A stretch of DNA of 32,000 nucleotides from Copranaerobaculum intestinale. GTDB taxonomy: Bacteria > Bacillota_I > Bacilli_A > Erysipelotrichales > Erysipelotrichaceae. The notes under the pieces are model-generated. The model searched no databases. It was not told where the DNA came from and saw only the letters and a list, made by a program, of their open reading frames with translations. How positions within the stretch are numbered: position 1 is the stretch's first letter; the number at the start of each line of letters is the position of its first letter. This document shows, in pieces, positions 16,318 to 26,298 of the stretch. The translations under genes were made by a program, and so were the position numbers. The stretch spans positions 90,001-122,000 of the forward strand of contig NZ_WUUQ01000001.1 in the NCBI RefSeq assembly GCF_009831105.1, read 5' to 3'.

Positions 16318-16794
16318 TTATTTATGATAAGGCTCATGATTCATAATTTTATAGGCGCGATAGATTTGTTCACATAAAAGGATTCTTACTAACTGATGAG
16401 GAAACGTCAATTTGGAGAGCTGCCATCTGAAATTGCTTCGTTCCTTCACCGCATCGCTGATGCCAAGCGAACCGCCGATCACAAAGGTCAGTTTAGAGCT
16501 TTGATACGTCTGAATCTCAGCTACCTTATCCGCAAGCTCTTCACTGCTGAGCATTTTTCCCTGTAAATCCAGCAGAATCAAATACTCATCCTTTTGTATT
16601 TTCTGCAGGATCCGTTCACCTTCACGCCGCTTAATTTCATCATTCTGCGCAGCGGAATTACGATCCGGTGTCTGCTCATCCAAAACCTCGATCAATTCCA
16701 GCTTTGTATAAGCTCCTAGCCTTTTACAATATTCATTGACCAGTTCCCTAGTTGCTTTTTCTTTACATTTTCCTACGGCGATGATCTTTATCAT
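16318..16794 (-). CDS. rlmH: 23S rRNA (pseudouridine1915-N3)-methyltransferase RlmH (SPOUT family)
   Basis: MIKIIAVGKCKEK...LTFVIGGSLGISDAV...LSKLTFPHQLVRILLCEQIYRAYKI is the RlmH/YbeA signature, and the length is 158 aa. Start at ATG 16794, which overlaps the DUF5131 stop codon (ATGA). Confidence 0.92.
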   Translation of the reverse strand: MIKIIAVGKCKEKATRELVNEYCKRLGAYTKLELIEVLDEQTPDRNSAAQNDEIKRREGERILQKIQKDEYLILLDLQGKMLSSEELADKVAEIQTYQSSKLTFVIGGSLGISDAVKERSNFRWQLSKLTFPHQLVRILLCEQIYRAYKIMNHEPYHK

Positions 16795-17522
16795 AATTGA
16801 TCGCTCCTCCAATCAAGTCCGCTTTTCTTTGCCTGATGATACTCTTCCCGCTTTGGAATGTGATAAATTTTCTTATCTTTTCTCAGATATGTGCCTGTTT
16901 GATGATAGTGAAACGAAATATGTTTTTCCAGACACTGGCTGCGAATATCGGTAATCCATTCAAACTCACAGATTCTCGCGTTACTACCGCTTTCTCCTCC
17001 AGCCGCCACCAACTCGATTTTTTTCGGATCCAAATACGGTTTCAGATTCAGCTTTTCCAGCAGCGGCGAACAGATAATATTACGGTGGGCAATCGGTGCA
17101 TTCAGGAAAAACGGCAGTCGCTGATCAGCCATTTTCTGATTCTCCACCGTGCAGCCGATGATCACATTATCATAGCCTTCCTGCCAGTCCTCGGGCAAAA
17201 CCTCATAAAGCCGCTCAATTCGCTTGGTGATAATAAAGAAGTGTAAATCCGGACGCTCCTTCATCATTTGATAAGCCTCCAGCCGCCAAGCATCCGCTTC
17301 CTCTAAAAAGAAATCACTGGAGCCGCAGGTAAAGACATCATAAGAATCCGGTTTTAATTTAAAACTGCCATCGCGGCAGTGTCGGCGCGGCAGATCAAAC
17401 ATGCTTGTCTTATAGACATGATCGGGATTTCGGTCATAGCGAAGATCGCTTCGATGCATATAGCAGTGCAGACAGCCCTCAGAGATGCGGTGACAGCCGT
17501 GCCATGGACTCCAGCTGTTCAT
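16791..17522 (-). CDS. DUF5131 (phage Gp37/Gp68 family) three-Cys-motif protein
   Basis: N-terminal SPWHGCHRISEGCLHCY (Cx6CxxC). Also VFTCGSSDFF, HFFIITKRIERL, GCTVENQKMADQRLPF, ICSPLLEKL, AAGGESGSNAR and FHYHQTG, which together match the conserved blocks of Pfam PF07505. Confidence 0.85.
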   Translation of the reverse strand: MNSWSPWHGCHRISEGCLHCYMHRSDLRYDRNPDHVYKTSMFDLPRRHCRDGSFKLKPDSYDVFTCGSSDFFLEEADAWRLEAYQMMKERPDLHFFIITKRIERLYEVLPEDWQEGYDNVIIGCTVENQKMADQRLPFFLNAPIAHRNIICSPLLEKLNLKPYLDPKKIELVAAGGESGSNARICEFEWITDIRSQCLEKHISFHYHQTGTYLRKDKKIYHIPKREEYHQAKKSGLDWRSDQL

Positions 17523-17929
17523 AGATTCATTTCCTGCTTGATCCGTTTAAGAAGCTCTGCATGAGCCTCATATGTCCAATAAACGGGTTCTCCCTCATCA
17601 GACTTTACTTCTTTGATTTCACTTTCCGGCAATTCCCCCCGATCGATTATTTCCGCATACAGCAGAAGTCCCCAGTATGGATCTTCTTCACTGATTCGGT
17701 ATGCACAGATTTCCTGCATCCGGTAGCATAATGATCCGGTTTCTTCATACAGCTCCCGGCGTGCTGCTTGAATCACAGCTTCACCTGGTTCACGTTTGCC
17801 GCCCGGCAATTCCCAGGTCGTCCGCTGCCGATGGCGCACAAAAAGCCATTTATCCTGTTCACGGCTAACGATCACAACATATTTAATTTGATGATCCAAA
17901 ATAGAACTGCGGTCACAATATTGCATCAT
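17519..17929 (-). CDS. NUDIX hydrolase (MutT/YtkD-like)
   Basis: Nudix box GGKREPGEAVIQAARRELYEETG. SD GGGAGAAA. The stop codon overlaps the DUF5131 ATG (ATGA at 17519-17522). Confidence 0.9.
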   Translation of the reverse strand: MMQYCDRSSILDHQIKYVVIVSREQDKWLFVRHRQRTTWELPGGKREPGEAVIQAARRELYEETGSLCYRMQEICAYRISEEDPYWGLLLYAEIIDRGELPESEIKEVKSDEGEPVYWTYEAHAELLKRIKQEMNL

Positions 17930-17943
17930 TTTATTTCTCCCAT

Positions 17944-17969
17944 GAAAAAAGCCGGCGTTTAGCCAGCTT
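17944..17969 (-). terminator. Intrinsic terminator between htrA and the Nudix-DUF5131-rlmH cassette
   Basis: Minus-strand RNA: AAGCUGGC-UAAAC-GCCGGCUU (8 bp including one G-U pair) followed by UUUUC, directly abutting the SD of the Nudix gene. Confidence 0.6.
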
Positions 17970-17976
17970 TATTATA

Positions 17977-19050
17977 CTACGATAAGACAACCGATGTCTC
18001 GCTCTTTTTACGTTCGCGGAGATATTCAATTTTTACCTTGTCTCCGACTTTCTTTTCATAAAGCAATTTTCTAAATTGCTTGAAGGAAGTCAGCTCTTTG
18101 CCGTCAAATTTAGTGATTACATCACCTGCGCGTATGCCCGCTTTCGCAGCCGGACCATCCTTAACCACACTGGTTATGACAATCCCGCTTGTGTCATCAT
18201 CAATCTGATATCGGGCTTTTTCGTACGCTGTGAAATCAGACGCCGATGCGGCGGTAATACCCATAATCGGCCGTACCACCTTTCCATCCTTCTCCAACTG
18301 AGTAATGATCGTTGCGACTTCATTTGAAGGGATTGCAAAACCGAATCCCTCGACCTTTTCATCCGAAATTTTAAGCGAATTGATGCCGATCAGCTCTCCC
18401 GCCATATTGATAAGCGGCCCTCCGGAATTTCCCGGATTAATCGCAGCATCTGTTTGCAGCACCAGCATATCCCAATCGGCGGTACCGTTTTGATCGACGT
18501 CGATATCAATACGACGATCGACACCGGAGATCACCCCATAGGATACACTGCCCTGGTATTCGATCCCCAGCGGCGAACCCATCGCCATGACATATTCTCC
18601 TTTTTTGACGAGTGAGGAATCACCCAATGTAAATGCTTCCGGCTGGAAATCTGTTTCTGCCTTTATCAGCGCCAAATCGCTGATCGCGTCCTTACCGACG
18701 ATCTTGGCTTCTTTTTCACTGCCGTTCGCAAAAGATACCATAATTTTCTGACCGCTTTCAATAACGTGATTATTGGTGATGATAAATGCAGTTTTACCAT
18801 CAGTACGATAAATGGCTCCGCTGCCGCTGGATGCCTGTTCACCGTAAACAAGAGTTGTGATCGTAACTACCTTATCCTCGCATTTTTTTACAAGCTCGGT
18901 TAAATCACTGCTGATATCGGTGGAGGCTTTCCGTACGATCTTTGTTTCCTGCACCGCAGGATCCTGATTTTTCATTTTCACAACTTGAATGGTGAGCAGT
19001 ACATTCCAAACCAAAAGTATCATCAGGACTATCGTCAATGCTTTTTTCAT
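17977..19050 (-). CDS. htrA: HtrA/DegP-family serine protease (S1C) with an N-terminal TM anchor and a C-terminal PDZ domain
   Basis: TNNHV (His), DLALIK (Asp) and GNSGGPLIN (Ser) form the catalytic triad. PDZ: GIVITSVVKDGPAAKAGIRAGDVITKFDGKEL. Its ATG overlaps the upstream MBL-hydrolase stop codon (ATGA). Confidence 0.92.
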   Translation of the reverse strand: MKKALTIVLMILLVWNVLLTIQVVKMKNQDPAVQETKIVRKASTDISSDLTELVKKCEDKVVTITTLVYGEQASSGSGAIYRTDGKTAFIITNNHVIESGQKIMVSFANGSEKEAKIVGKDAISDLALIKAETDFQPEAFTLGDSSLVKKGEYVMAMGSPLGIEYQGSVSYGVISGVDRRIDIDVDQNGTADWDMLVLQTDAAINPGNSGGPLINMAGELIGINSLKISDEKVEGFGFAIPSNEVATIITQLEKDGKVVRPIMGITAASASDFTAYEKARYQIDDDTSGIVITSVVKDGPAAKAGIRAGDVITKFDGKELTSFKQFRKLLYEKKVGDKVKIEYLRERKKSETSVVLS

Positions 19051-19793
19051 TCTTTACCGCCTCCGATATAGATTGAGAACTGATCAGCCGCATATAGCTT
19101 CATCCGATCAAGTGAAACCTGTTTTTTTACCAATGTCTGTTTCAAGGTCTGAAGCGCCAGCTCCCGGGTGTTTCCTTCCTGAGAAATATGCGCCAATACA
19201 ATTTCACGCGTGCGATCCCCAATGCAGTTGGACAGGATATACGCACTGTCCTCATTGCATAAATGGCCATAATCATTGATGATACGCTGTTTGACGTATA
19301 CCGGCCGCCGCGTCTGCATCAGCATTTCAATATCGTGGTTGCTTTCAAATACATAATAATCCGCATTTTGGATATACGGCTTTACTTCTTCCTTAATATA
19401 CCCGGTATCAGTTATGTATACCATTTTCTTATCCTGACATTTCAAAACATAGCCTACGGTGTGTTCACAATCATGGGACATCGGAAGTACTGTGACGTCA
19501 ATATCCCGCACCTGAAAGTGTTGATACGGCATAATCGTTGTCACCCGATTTCCCTGTACTGATTCCGGCGCATAGACCGGCACATCATAAAACATCTTCA
19601 GTTGTGATACATGATCGGTATGGGTGTGCGTGATCAATAATCCATCGGACTGCATATGATCGACATGAAGCTGATCAAAGCATCCGCTGAGATATCGCTT
19701 GGTAGACCCGCAGTCGATAACAAGCTGTGTATTGCCGGCTTTTACAATACAGCAGTTGCCCTTGGAACCGCTCGCTAATAGTGCGAATTTCAT
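19047..19793 (-). CDS. walJ: MBL-fold metallo-hydrolase, WalJ/YycJ-like
   Basis: MKFALLASGSKGNCC..., metal motif THTHTDHV, and position immediately upstream of the htrC/yyxA-like protease as in Bacillus. Start at ATG 19793, one nt after the M23 peptidase stop codon. Confidence 0.85.
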   Translation of the reverse strand: MKFALLASGSKGNCCIVKAGNTQLVIDCGSTKRYLSGCFDQLHVDHMQSDGLLITHTHTDHVSQLKMFYDVPVYAPESVQGNRVTTIMPYQHFQVRDIDVTVLPMSHDCEHTVGYVLKCQDKKMVYITDTGYIKEEVKPYIQNADYYVFESNHDIEMLMQTRRPVYVKQRIINDYGHLCNEDSAYILSNCIGDRTREIVLAHISQEGNTRELALQTLKQTLVKKQVSLDRMKLYAADQFSIYIGGGKE

Positions 19794-19794
19794 T

Positions 19795-21288
19795 TTATTT
19801 ACCAATGTAATCCAGCGCATTCAGGCGCTGACCATTCTGACGAATTTCAAAATGCACGTGCGGTCCGGTCGCAAAACCAGTCATCCCGATCGGTCCGATC
19901 ACTTCACCCTTCGCTACTGTTTCTCCCGGTTGGAAGTAACCCGGCCGCGCCATATGTCCATAATATGTTTCATAGCCGTTATTATGGTTAATAACCATGT
20001 AGTTCCCGTTGATACTGGTATAGGAATTGGTCACGACGACTCCGCGGTCAGATGCGAGCACATCACCATATAAATCTGTATAGTTCTGTATATCCGTACC
20101 CACATGACCGGAATAGCAGTACATCGGACAGGTAACCAGTGGATTTCGTACCGGCCAGCCAAAATGACCGCTACCGATCTTAGGCTCTATTTTCGTACCG
20201 ATTCGAATTATTTCCTGTACTGGACTCTTGGTGATTTTCTGTGCAACCTCCTTAGATGCCGTCTGCTCCCCATTGATATAGGTTATTTCATATGTCACAT
20301 CACGGCTTCCCTCTTCAGCGTTCTGCACGATGACTTCCTTGCCTTCACGCAGTGTTTCATCATAAATCGTTTTTGTATTCTCCGGAGCGATGGATTCTTT
20401 TACCATTTCCTGTTTGACGACCTCAACGGATATCGGCGGGGAGATCTTGGTGACATTTAACTTCAGACCGGCCTGAATGACCTGATCCTTGGATTTCAGA
20501 ATATCACTATTGATCGCCATCAGCTGTTTCGGCTCCAAACGGTTCAGCCACGCTATACCGGCCACCGTATCAAATTCCTGCGTTGTGTAATATACCTCCT
20601 GATGATCGTAGCCATAGCTCAAATACATCAGCACATCCTTTTCATTCTTCAATATTTTTGACTGTGAAGCCAGCCCCTTTGAAACCGTTGCCCCTTCCAG
20701 GATTTGAAAGGATACATAGCGATTTCCATAGGTGGTTAGCGCATCCGTTCCCTGTCCGCTTTTAATCAGCTGATAATCCTTTTTAGGAATAAACGTCTTT
20801 ACAAACGCTTCCCTGGCTCTTGTAAAATCATCAATGTTTTTCACGTAGCATTCTTCACCGTTGGAAAAGGTAATCTTATTGACTTCGATCGAAAAAAGAT
20901 CGTGTTTTTTCAAATAATTCAATATTTCCTGATCCTTATCTTCATACTGAAACAGGCTCAGCGTATTCGTGATATGTATATCTTCTCCCAAACCAAGCCT
21001 GGCGTCAGGAAATTCTGTCTTATATTTATCGTTATAGATTTTGGTAAGCATCGAATCCAGCTTTGCATGATCCTTTAAAACCCCGATCGCCTGATCTTTA
21101 TAATAAATAATGGATACTTCTTTTTCATCGTTATTGATTTTCGCAATCTTCTGTGGAATGACTGCCTCTTTTAAAGCTTTTTCAGAAAAGGACTTGGCAT
21201 CCACCGTACCGTGGTCACCAGGCATCAGGAAAGCAAGAAGCAGCGCTAAGAACGCTGACAGAATCAAAATTCCATATGTTTTCTTCAT
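19795..21288 (-). CDS. Secreted M23 (LytM-type) metallopeptidase with a G5 domain
   Basis: Signal peptide MKKTYGILILSAFLALLLAFL. G5-like segment TIYDETLREGKEVIVQNAEEGSRDVTYEITYINGEQ...IRIGTK. M23 motifs HVGTDI and GPHVHFEIRQNG. Confidence 0.88.
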   Translation of the reverse strand: MKKTYGILILSAFLALLLAFLMPGDHGTVDAKSFSEKALKEAVIPQKIAKINNDEKEVSIIYYKDQAIGVLKDHAKLDSMLTKIYNDKYKTEFPDARLGLGEDIHITNTLSLFQYEDKDQEILNYLKKHDLFSIEVNKITFSNGEECYVKNIDDFTRAREAFVKTFIPKKDYQLIKSGQGTDALTTYGNRYVSFQILEGATVSKGLASQSKILKNEKDVLMYLSYGYDHQEVYYTTQEFDTVAGIAWLNRLEPKQLMAINSDILKSKDQVIQAGLKLNVTKISPPISVEVVKQEMVKESIAPENTKTIYDETLREGKEVIVQNAEEGSRDVTYEITYINGEQTASKEVAQKITKSPVQEIIRIGTKIEPKIGSGHFGWPVRNPLVTCPMYCYSGHVGTDIQNYTDLYGDVLASDRGVVVTNSYTSINGNYMVINHNNGYETYYGHMARPGYFQPGETVAKGEVIGPIGMTGFATGPHVHFEIRQNGQRLNALDYIGK

Positions 21289-21302
21289 GAATCTCCCCCT
21301 TC

Positions 21303-22658
21303 CTAGTATCCTTCCTTGGCGACATTGAAGAAGGCGCTGATCGACTTGTTGAAGCCTAGATTAACCGTACCGGTAGCCCCGTTTCGATGCTTGGCAATGA
21401 TCACTTCGGTATTGTCGATTGTTTCTTCAGATACCGCTCCGGTTTCCTCCGGCTTTGCATAATACGCATCGCGGTACAGGAACATAACGATATCGGCATC
21501 CTGCTCGATCGCCCCTGATTCACGCAAATCCGATAACATCGGACGTTTGTCCTCTTTACGGGATTCGACACTTCGCGACAGCTGTGACAGTGCGATGACC
21601 GGCACTTTCAGCTCACGAGCCAGTGCTTTCAGGGAACGCGATATCTCGGATACTTCCTGCTGACGGTTATCACTGCCGCCCTTGCCGGAACCGGTAATCA
21701 GCTGGAGATAATCAATTACGATCATATCCAGGCCATGCTCACTTTTCAGCTTACGGCACTTGGAAAATATCTCACCCATCTTGATCGAAGCAGAATCATC
21801 AATATACAGCTGCGTATTCATCAACTCATTCGCACTTTCATTCAGCTTATTAAATTCATCATCCCGCAGATAACCGGATTTCAGTTTAGAGGCCTCTACC
21901 TGACTCTTTGCCGATAAAATTCGCTTCATCAGCTGTTCGGCGCCCATTTCCAGTGAAAAAATCGCTATGGCTCCATCATTGAACGAAGAAGAGTGCATGG
22001 CGATATTCAAAGCAAATGCAGTTTTTCCCATCGCCGGACGTGCCGCTAAAATAATCAGATCTCCGCGCTGAAACCCGTTGGTCATATGATCCAAATCGGT
22101 ATAGCCGGTTTTGATGCCGGTTATACGCTGATCCGCTGCCCGCAGCTTGATGATTTCCTCAATTACTTCGGATACGACATCCTTACTGCTCTTAAAATCC
22201 GTGGCACGGCGGCTTCTGGTGACATCCAGGATCTGTTTTTCTGCTTCATCCATAATATCATCGAGCTCATTGCCCGCATCAAAACCCTCGGCTGCGATTT
22301 TTTCCGCTGTTTCAATCAAACGGCGCAGGTGCGAGCGATTTTTTATAATTTCAATATAATATTTACTATTGGCGCTGGATACCGCAGTATCACTCAGTTT
22401 CACCACATAATCGGCACCGCCGACCAGATTCAGCTGATTGGTATCGGACAGACGCGTAATCAAGCCTGTTACGTCCACCGGCTTGTTGTTATTGATCAGC
22501 ACCATCATTTCATGAAAGATGCGGGCATGGATATCCAGATAAAAGTCGGACTCCTCCAATCCCTGATCAAATACGGTTTTCCCAACACTCGGGTAAATCA
22601 GCAATGCCCCCAGAAGTGACTGTTCCGCCTCAATGCTGTGCGGCAGTTCTCGTCCCAT
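21303..22658 (-). CDS. dnaB: Replicative DNA helicase DnaB (DnaC in Bacillus nomenclature)
   Basis: LPHSIEAEQSLLGALL N-terminus, Walker A ARPAMGKTAFALN, and IVIDYLQLI...SRSLKALARELKVPVIALSQLSR. 451 aa with no intein. Confidence 0.97.
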   Translation of the reverse strand: MGRELPHSIEAEQSLLGALLIYPSVGKTVFDQGLEESDFYLDIHARIFHEMMVLINNNKPVDVTGLITRLSDTNQLNLVGGADYVVKLSDTAVSSANSKYYIEIIKNRSHLRRLIETAEKIAAEGFDAGNELDDIMDEAEKQILDVTRSRRATDFKSSKDVVSEVIEEIIKLRAADQRITGIKTGYTDLDHMTNGFQRGDLIILAARPAMGKTAFALNIAMHSSSFNDGAIAIFSLEMGAEQLMKRILSAKSQVEASKLKSGYLRDDEFNKLNESANELMNTQLYIDDSASIKMGEIFSKCRKLKSEHGLDMIVIDYLQLITGSGKGGSDNRQQEVSEISRSLKALARELKVPVIALSQLSRSVESRKEDKRPMLSDLRESGAIEQDADIVMFLYRDAYYAKPEETGAVSEETIDNTEVIIAKHRNGATGTVNLGFNKSISAFFNVAKEGY

Positions 22659-22671
22659 GTTCCCTTATCCT

Positions 22672-23124
22672 CTATTTCGCTTCACTTACGTGAACCTTGA
22701 TCGTACCGATTACGGAGTTACGATACAGATCTACCTTCACATAAGCAACCCCCAGTGAATCAATATGATCCGCGTCGATGATCTTACGCTTATCAATCAC
22801 AATATTGTAATGCTTATGAAGCTGCTCTGCGATCTGTTTGGTTGATATCGATCCGAAAGTCCGGCCGTCCTTACCGGTTTTCAAGGTAAATTCCAGCGTG
22901 ATATCCGCCAACTTCCGCTTCAGTTCTTCCGCTTCAGCTTCCAGCTCTTTCTCATGCTGCGCGTGCTCTTCATTCTGGCGATCCAATATTTCCATACTGC
23001 GTTTCGTCGCTTCTACGGCAAGCCGCTGACGAATCAGAAAGTTTCTGCCATACCCATCGGCTACTTCCACCAATTCACCCTTTTTACCTACTTTTTTCAC
23101 ATCATTTAGCAGTATTACTTTCAT
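22672..23124 (-). CDS. rplI: 50S ribosomal protein L9
   Basis: [30 protein letters not shown] is canonical L9. Its start overlaps the gdpP 3' end by 23 nt. Confidence 0.97.
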   Translation of the reverse strand: MKVILLNDVKKVGKKGELVEVADGYGRNFLIRQRLAVEATKRSMEILDRQNEEHAQHEKELEAEAEELKRKLADITLEFTLKTGKDGRTFGSISTKQIAEQLHKHYNIVIDKRKIIDADHIDSLGVAYVKVDLYRNSVIGTIKVHVSEAK

Positions 23125-25081
23125 TCCCTGATTCCTCCTTTAAATATGCATCGATTGTTTCCTGCAATTCCTTTTCAATTGCAGCTACAGTTGTTTCTTT
23201 TCGCTGCAGCGCCGCCGCCGTAAAATGACCGCCGCCCTGCATTTTTTCCATGATGATCTGAACATTCATGACGCCCTTGGAGCGAGCGCTGACCGCAGAT
23301 GTTTCCTCATCGATTTTGGCGATGACAAAAGCTGCCTCAATACCTTTGATATTCAATAACTGATCCGCTACCTGACTCATCAGCGTACGGCTTAAAATCT
23401 GTTTGTCCTCGACCGCCGCGATAATCGTACTGCCATTATATTTGCGGGCGTACTTTAAGACCTGGGTCTTTGCTTCGAAATCACAGAAATCCTCTTTCAA
23501 TAAATTCTCGGCAGTAATCGGATCCACTCCCATTTTCTTTAAGACCGCAGCCGCTTCAAAGGTTCGGCTTCCGGTACGGGATTTAAACCGATTCGTATCA
23601 ATCAAGATACCCAAATACATGATCGTTGCTTCCTCTTCACAGACATCTACTTTCTGGGTCTGATAAGGAAGCAGCTCCGTTACCAGCTCGCTGACGCTGG
23701 ACGCTCCCGATTCCACATAAACTAACAGCGGATTGTCAATGAAGTTTTCCGAACGGCGATGATGATCGATAACGATCACTTTTGACAGCTTTTCGATAAT
23801 CAGCGGTGCCCCGCTCTGCTGCGGATTATGATGATCGACTGCGATGACCAAATCGTTCTTTCCGCTGATTTTACAAGCCTCCGTATCACTGATAAAGGTA
23901 TGACGTTCCTCCAGCACTTTAGAATACAGATCCAGTGCTTCACTCAGTTGTGATTCAATTCCTCCGCCTTTTGAAACGATATATGCTTCCCGCCCGTATG
24001 AGCTGACCATCCGGCTTACACCGAGCGCGCTGCCCATACAGTCAAAATCCATTTCCTTATGTCCGACGATGAATACCTTATCGGCATCTTGAATCGCTTC
24101 CTTGATCGCCTGTGCCATGACCCGCACCCGAACCCGGCTATGCTTTTCCTGCGCTTCACTGGCACCGCCGTAATACTTCACGCTTTCACCATAGCGTTTC
24201 ACCGCGACCTGATCCCCGCCTCGGCTCTGCGCCAGTTCCAGCAGACTGCTGACCATTTCATCCAGCTCATGCAGATCACTGGTACCGCGGGCAAATGCCA
24301 TGCTTAAAGTAATCTGCACATCAATATCCTCTGCCGCCTTGCGGATCTGCTGCAGAATCGAAAATTTATCTTCCTTGACCTTATCGTACGTTGCTTCATT
24401 TAACACGACCAAAAACCGATCCGAACGCATGCGTCTTACCAGCATGCCGTAACTCTTTGCCCACTCCGATACCGGCTGGCGCAAATTGGTATTGATATTG
24501 GCCATCATCGTTTCATCTTCGTACTGCTGAATCTCCATATAGTTGTCTAACTGAAGCAAACCGATGACCACCTGTTCCCGATCGAAACGCTCGGCCAGAT
24601 CTTCAAGCTTTGTCACATCACGGATATACAGCACCTGTGCATTATCCTTACGGGTAATCTCATAAATATAATCCCCATCATGGGCAGTGATGCGATCCAC
24701 ATCACCATAGAAGAGATCGTTGATCTCATGAATCCATGCCGTAACCTTCTTACCGACGATATCAATTCCCCGCTGATCCAGAAATTCATTCGTCCAGGTA
24801 ACCATATACTGATCATCATAGGTCAGGATACCGATTTCACCAAACAACAACGCATCCTTGGCATCACGACCCAGAATCCTTGAAATATCAAGCTCCCGAT
24901 TCAGCTTGTCCTTTTCCAAGCGCATGAACACCCACATAACAATCGCCAGATTGATAATAAAAAAGCAGAACAGCGCCTTGGCGACATTTTCAAATCCGGT
25001 CACATAGAAGCCAATAATCGCCACCAGCTGGGCAAACATGATAATGCCCACCTGAACCTTAAAGTTTTCCAGTTTTTCCAT
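23102..25081 (-). CDS. gdpP: Cyclic-di-AMP phosphodiesterase GdpP (YybT): 2 TM segments, PAS-like, degenerate GGDEF, DHH/DHHA1
   Basis: 659 aa. DHH motif AVDHHNP / VIDHHRR and DHHA1 GGGH near the C-terminus. Conserved position between yybS and rplI. Confidence 0.93.
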   Translation of the reverse strand: MEKLENFKVQVGIIMFAQLVAIIGFYVTGFENVAKALFCFFIINLAIVMWVFMRLEKDKLNRELDISRILGRDAKDALLFGEIGILTYDDQYMVTWTNEFLDQRGIDIVGKKVTAWIHEINDLFYGDVDRITAHDGDYIYEITRKDNAQVLYIRDVTKLEDLAERFDREQVVIGLLQLDNYMEIQQYEDETMMANINTNLRQPVSEWAKSYGMLVRRMRSDRFLVVLNEATYDKVKEDKFSILQQIRKAAEDIDVQITLSMAFARGTSDLHELDEMVSSLLELAQSRGGDQVAVKRYGESVKYYGGASEAQEKHSRVRVRVMAQAIKEAIQDADKVFIVGHKEMDFDCMGSALGVSRMVSSYGREAYIVSKGGGIESQLSEALDLYSKVLEERHTFISDTEACKISGKNDLVIAVDHHNPQQSGAPLIIEKLSKVIVIDHHRRSENFIDNPLLVYVESGASSVSELVTELLPYQTQKVDVCEEEATIMYLGILIDTNRFKSRTGSRTFEAAAVLKKMGVDPITAENLLKEDFCDFEAKTQVLKYARKYNGSTIIAAVEDKQILSRTLMSQVADQLLNIKGIEAAFVIAKIDEETSAVSARSKGVMNVQIIMEKMQGGGHFTAAALQRKETTVAAIEKELQETIDAYLKEESGNESNTAK

Positions 25082-25982
25082 ATATTACACCTCGTTTCAT
25101 TCTGCCCCGCAGATCTTTGATCATGTCAGCAATACCGATGAGCATGAGAATTGACTGCAGATAAGGCACAAATGCCAAAACAGGCAGGATAAAGATCCAT
25201 TTTTTATGATTGCTGAGAATGAAATAACTCATAACACTCAAACATCCGTAGCTTACAGCAAATACCAGCATCACGAAATAACAGCCGGTAATGATCGCTG
25301 CGGTATTACTATCTAATTTTAACACATATGTACCTAAAAATAGAAGCCAAAGCAACAGACAAATCCAGCCGGCTGCCTTTGGCACACGAATATCCAAAAT
25401 TGTTTTAATCGGCTTTACCGGCAGCTTAAGCCGCGTCATCAGCACAAATGCCAGCAAATGGATCGTAATTCCCTGCAAGACGCTGATTAAGACCACTAAC
25501 AGCAAAGAGAACAGCGGCGCCAGCTTGGCGATCCCTCCCGGCACATGAAGCTGCAGCGTTTGAAAGACCATTTTCAGCAGTTCCAAATCCTCCTCTGGTG
25601 AATAGCCAAAGAAACCGGCGAAAATCACCATGGTGATCAGCGTCGCGATAAATGTCAGAACAATAACCAAAATCAATTTCATACGGTTGGACACGCCCAA
25701 ATTGCATGCCTGGCCATAGACAATTCCTACTAACAAGGCCGCAAACAGATAAAAGGTACTGGAAGGCATCGATATCATAAACGACAGCATAAGCATTGCC
25801 GCTGCCGGTACCAGAGCGCTTTTCCAGCCGTATTTAACCGTATAAATAATGATGGGAAGACTCAGCAGCCAGCAGAGTATATTATCCAAAATACCGGCAA
25901 GTTCCCGGTTCATCAGTAGCACTACACCGACAATCGCACACATCATGCTTCCTTCGGTGATTCTTCTGACATTCTGCTTCAT
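25059..25982 (-). CDS. yybS: YybS family (DUF2232) integral membrane protein
   Basis: Polytopic membrane protein immediately upstream of gdpP and overlapping it, as in Bacillus. Start at ATG 25982 (MKQNVRRITEGSMM...) behind GAAAGGGG. Confidence 0.85.
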   Translation of the reverse strand: MKQNVRRITEGSMMCAIVGVVLLMNRELAGILDNILCWLLSLPIIIYTVKYGWKSALVPAAAMLMLSFMISMPSSTFYLFAALLVGIVYGQACNLGVSNRMKLILVIVLTFIATLITMVIFAGFFGYSPEEDLELLKMVFQTLQLHVPGGIAKLAPLFSLLLVVLISVLQGITIHLLAFVLMTRLKLPVKPIKTILDIRVPKAAGWICLLLWLLFLGTYVLKLDSNTAAIITGCYFVMLVFAVSYGCLSVMSYFILSNHKKWIFILPVLAFVPYLQSILMLIGIADMIKDLRGRMKRGVIYGKTGKL

Positions 25983-26004
25983 GAAAATACCCCTTTCAAT
26001 GAGC

Positions 26005-26041
26005 AAAACCTCCATCACTTTCACACGACGGAGGTTTTTTT
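26005..26041. terminator. Hairpin terminator after rpsR (usable on either strand)
   Basis: AACCTCC (26007-26013) pairs with GGAGGTT (26030-26036). It is flanked by an A-run and T-run on the + strand and gives UUUUG on the - strand. Confidence 0.6.
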
Positions 26042-26049
26042 ACAATTTC

Positions 26050-26280
26050 TTATTCGCTTACGTAAGGCAGCAGAGCCATCTGACGCGCGCGTTTGATAGC
26101 CGTTGCCAGCATACGCTGATATTTCGCACGAGTGCCGGTTACGCGGCGCGGAATAATTTTTCCGTTCGCAGAAATAAAACGTTTTAACAGTTCAGTATCT
26201 TTATAGTCAATGGTTTCGATATGGTTTTTTGTGAAATAACAAACCTTTTTACGACCCATACGCTGTTTTTTGTATGCCAT
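26050..26280 (-). CDS. rpsR: 30S ribosomal protein S18
   Basis: [46 protein letters not shown] is canonical S18. Confidence 0.97.
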   Translation of the reverse strand: MAYKKQRMGRKKVCYFTKNHIETIDYKDTELLKRFISANGKIIPRRVTGTRAKYQRMLATAIKRARQMALLPYVSE

Positions 26281-26298
26281 GGATAAATTCTCCTTTCT

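Noticed and set aside
15455-17929. Treating the two Nudix genes as a recent duplication flanking a mobile insertion
   Set aside because: Outside the Nudix box the two proteins share little sequence and differ in length (150 versus 136 aa). No flanking direct repeats or recombinase genes are present, so there is no evidence for a mobile unit.
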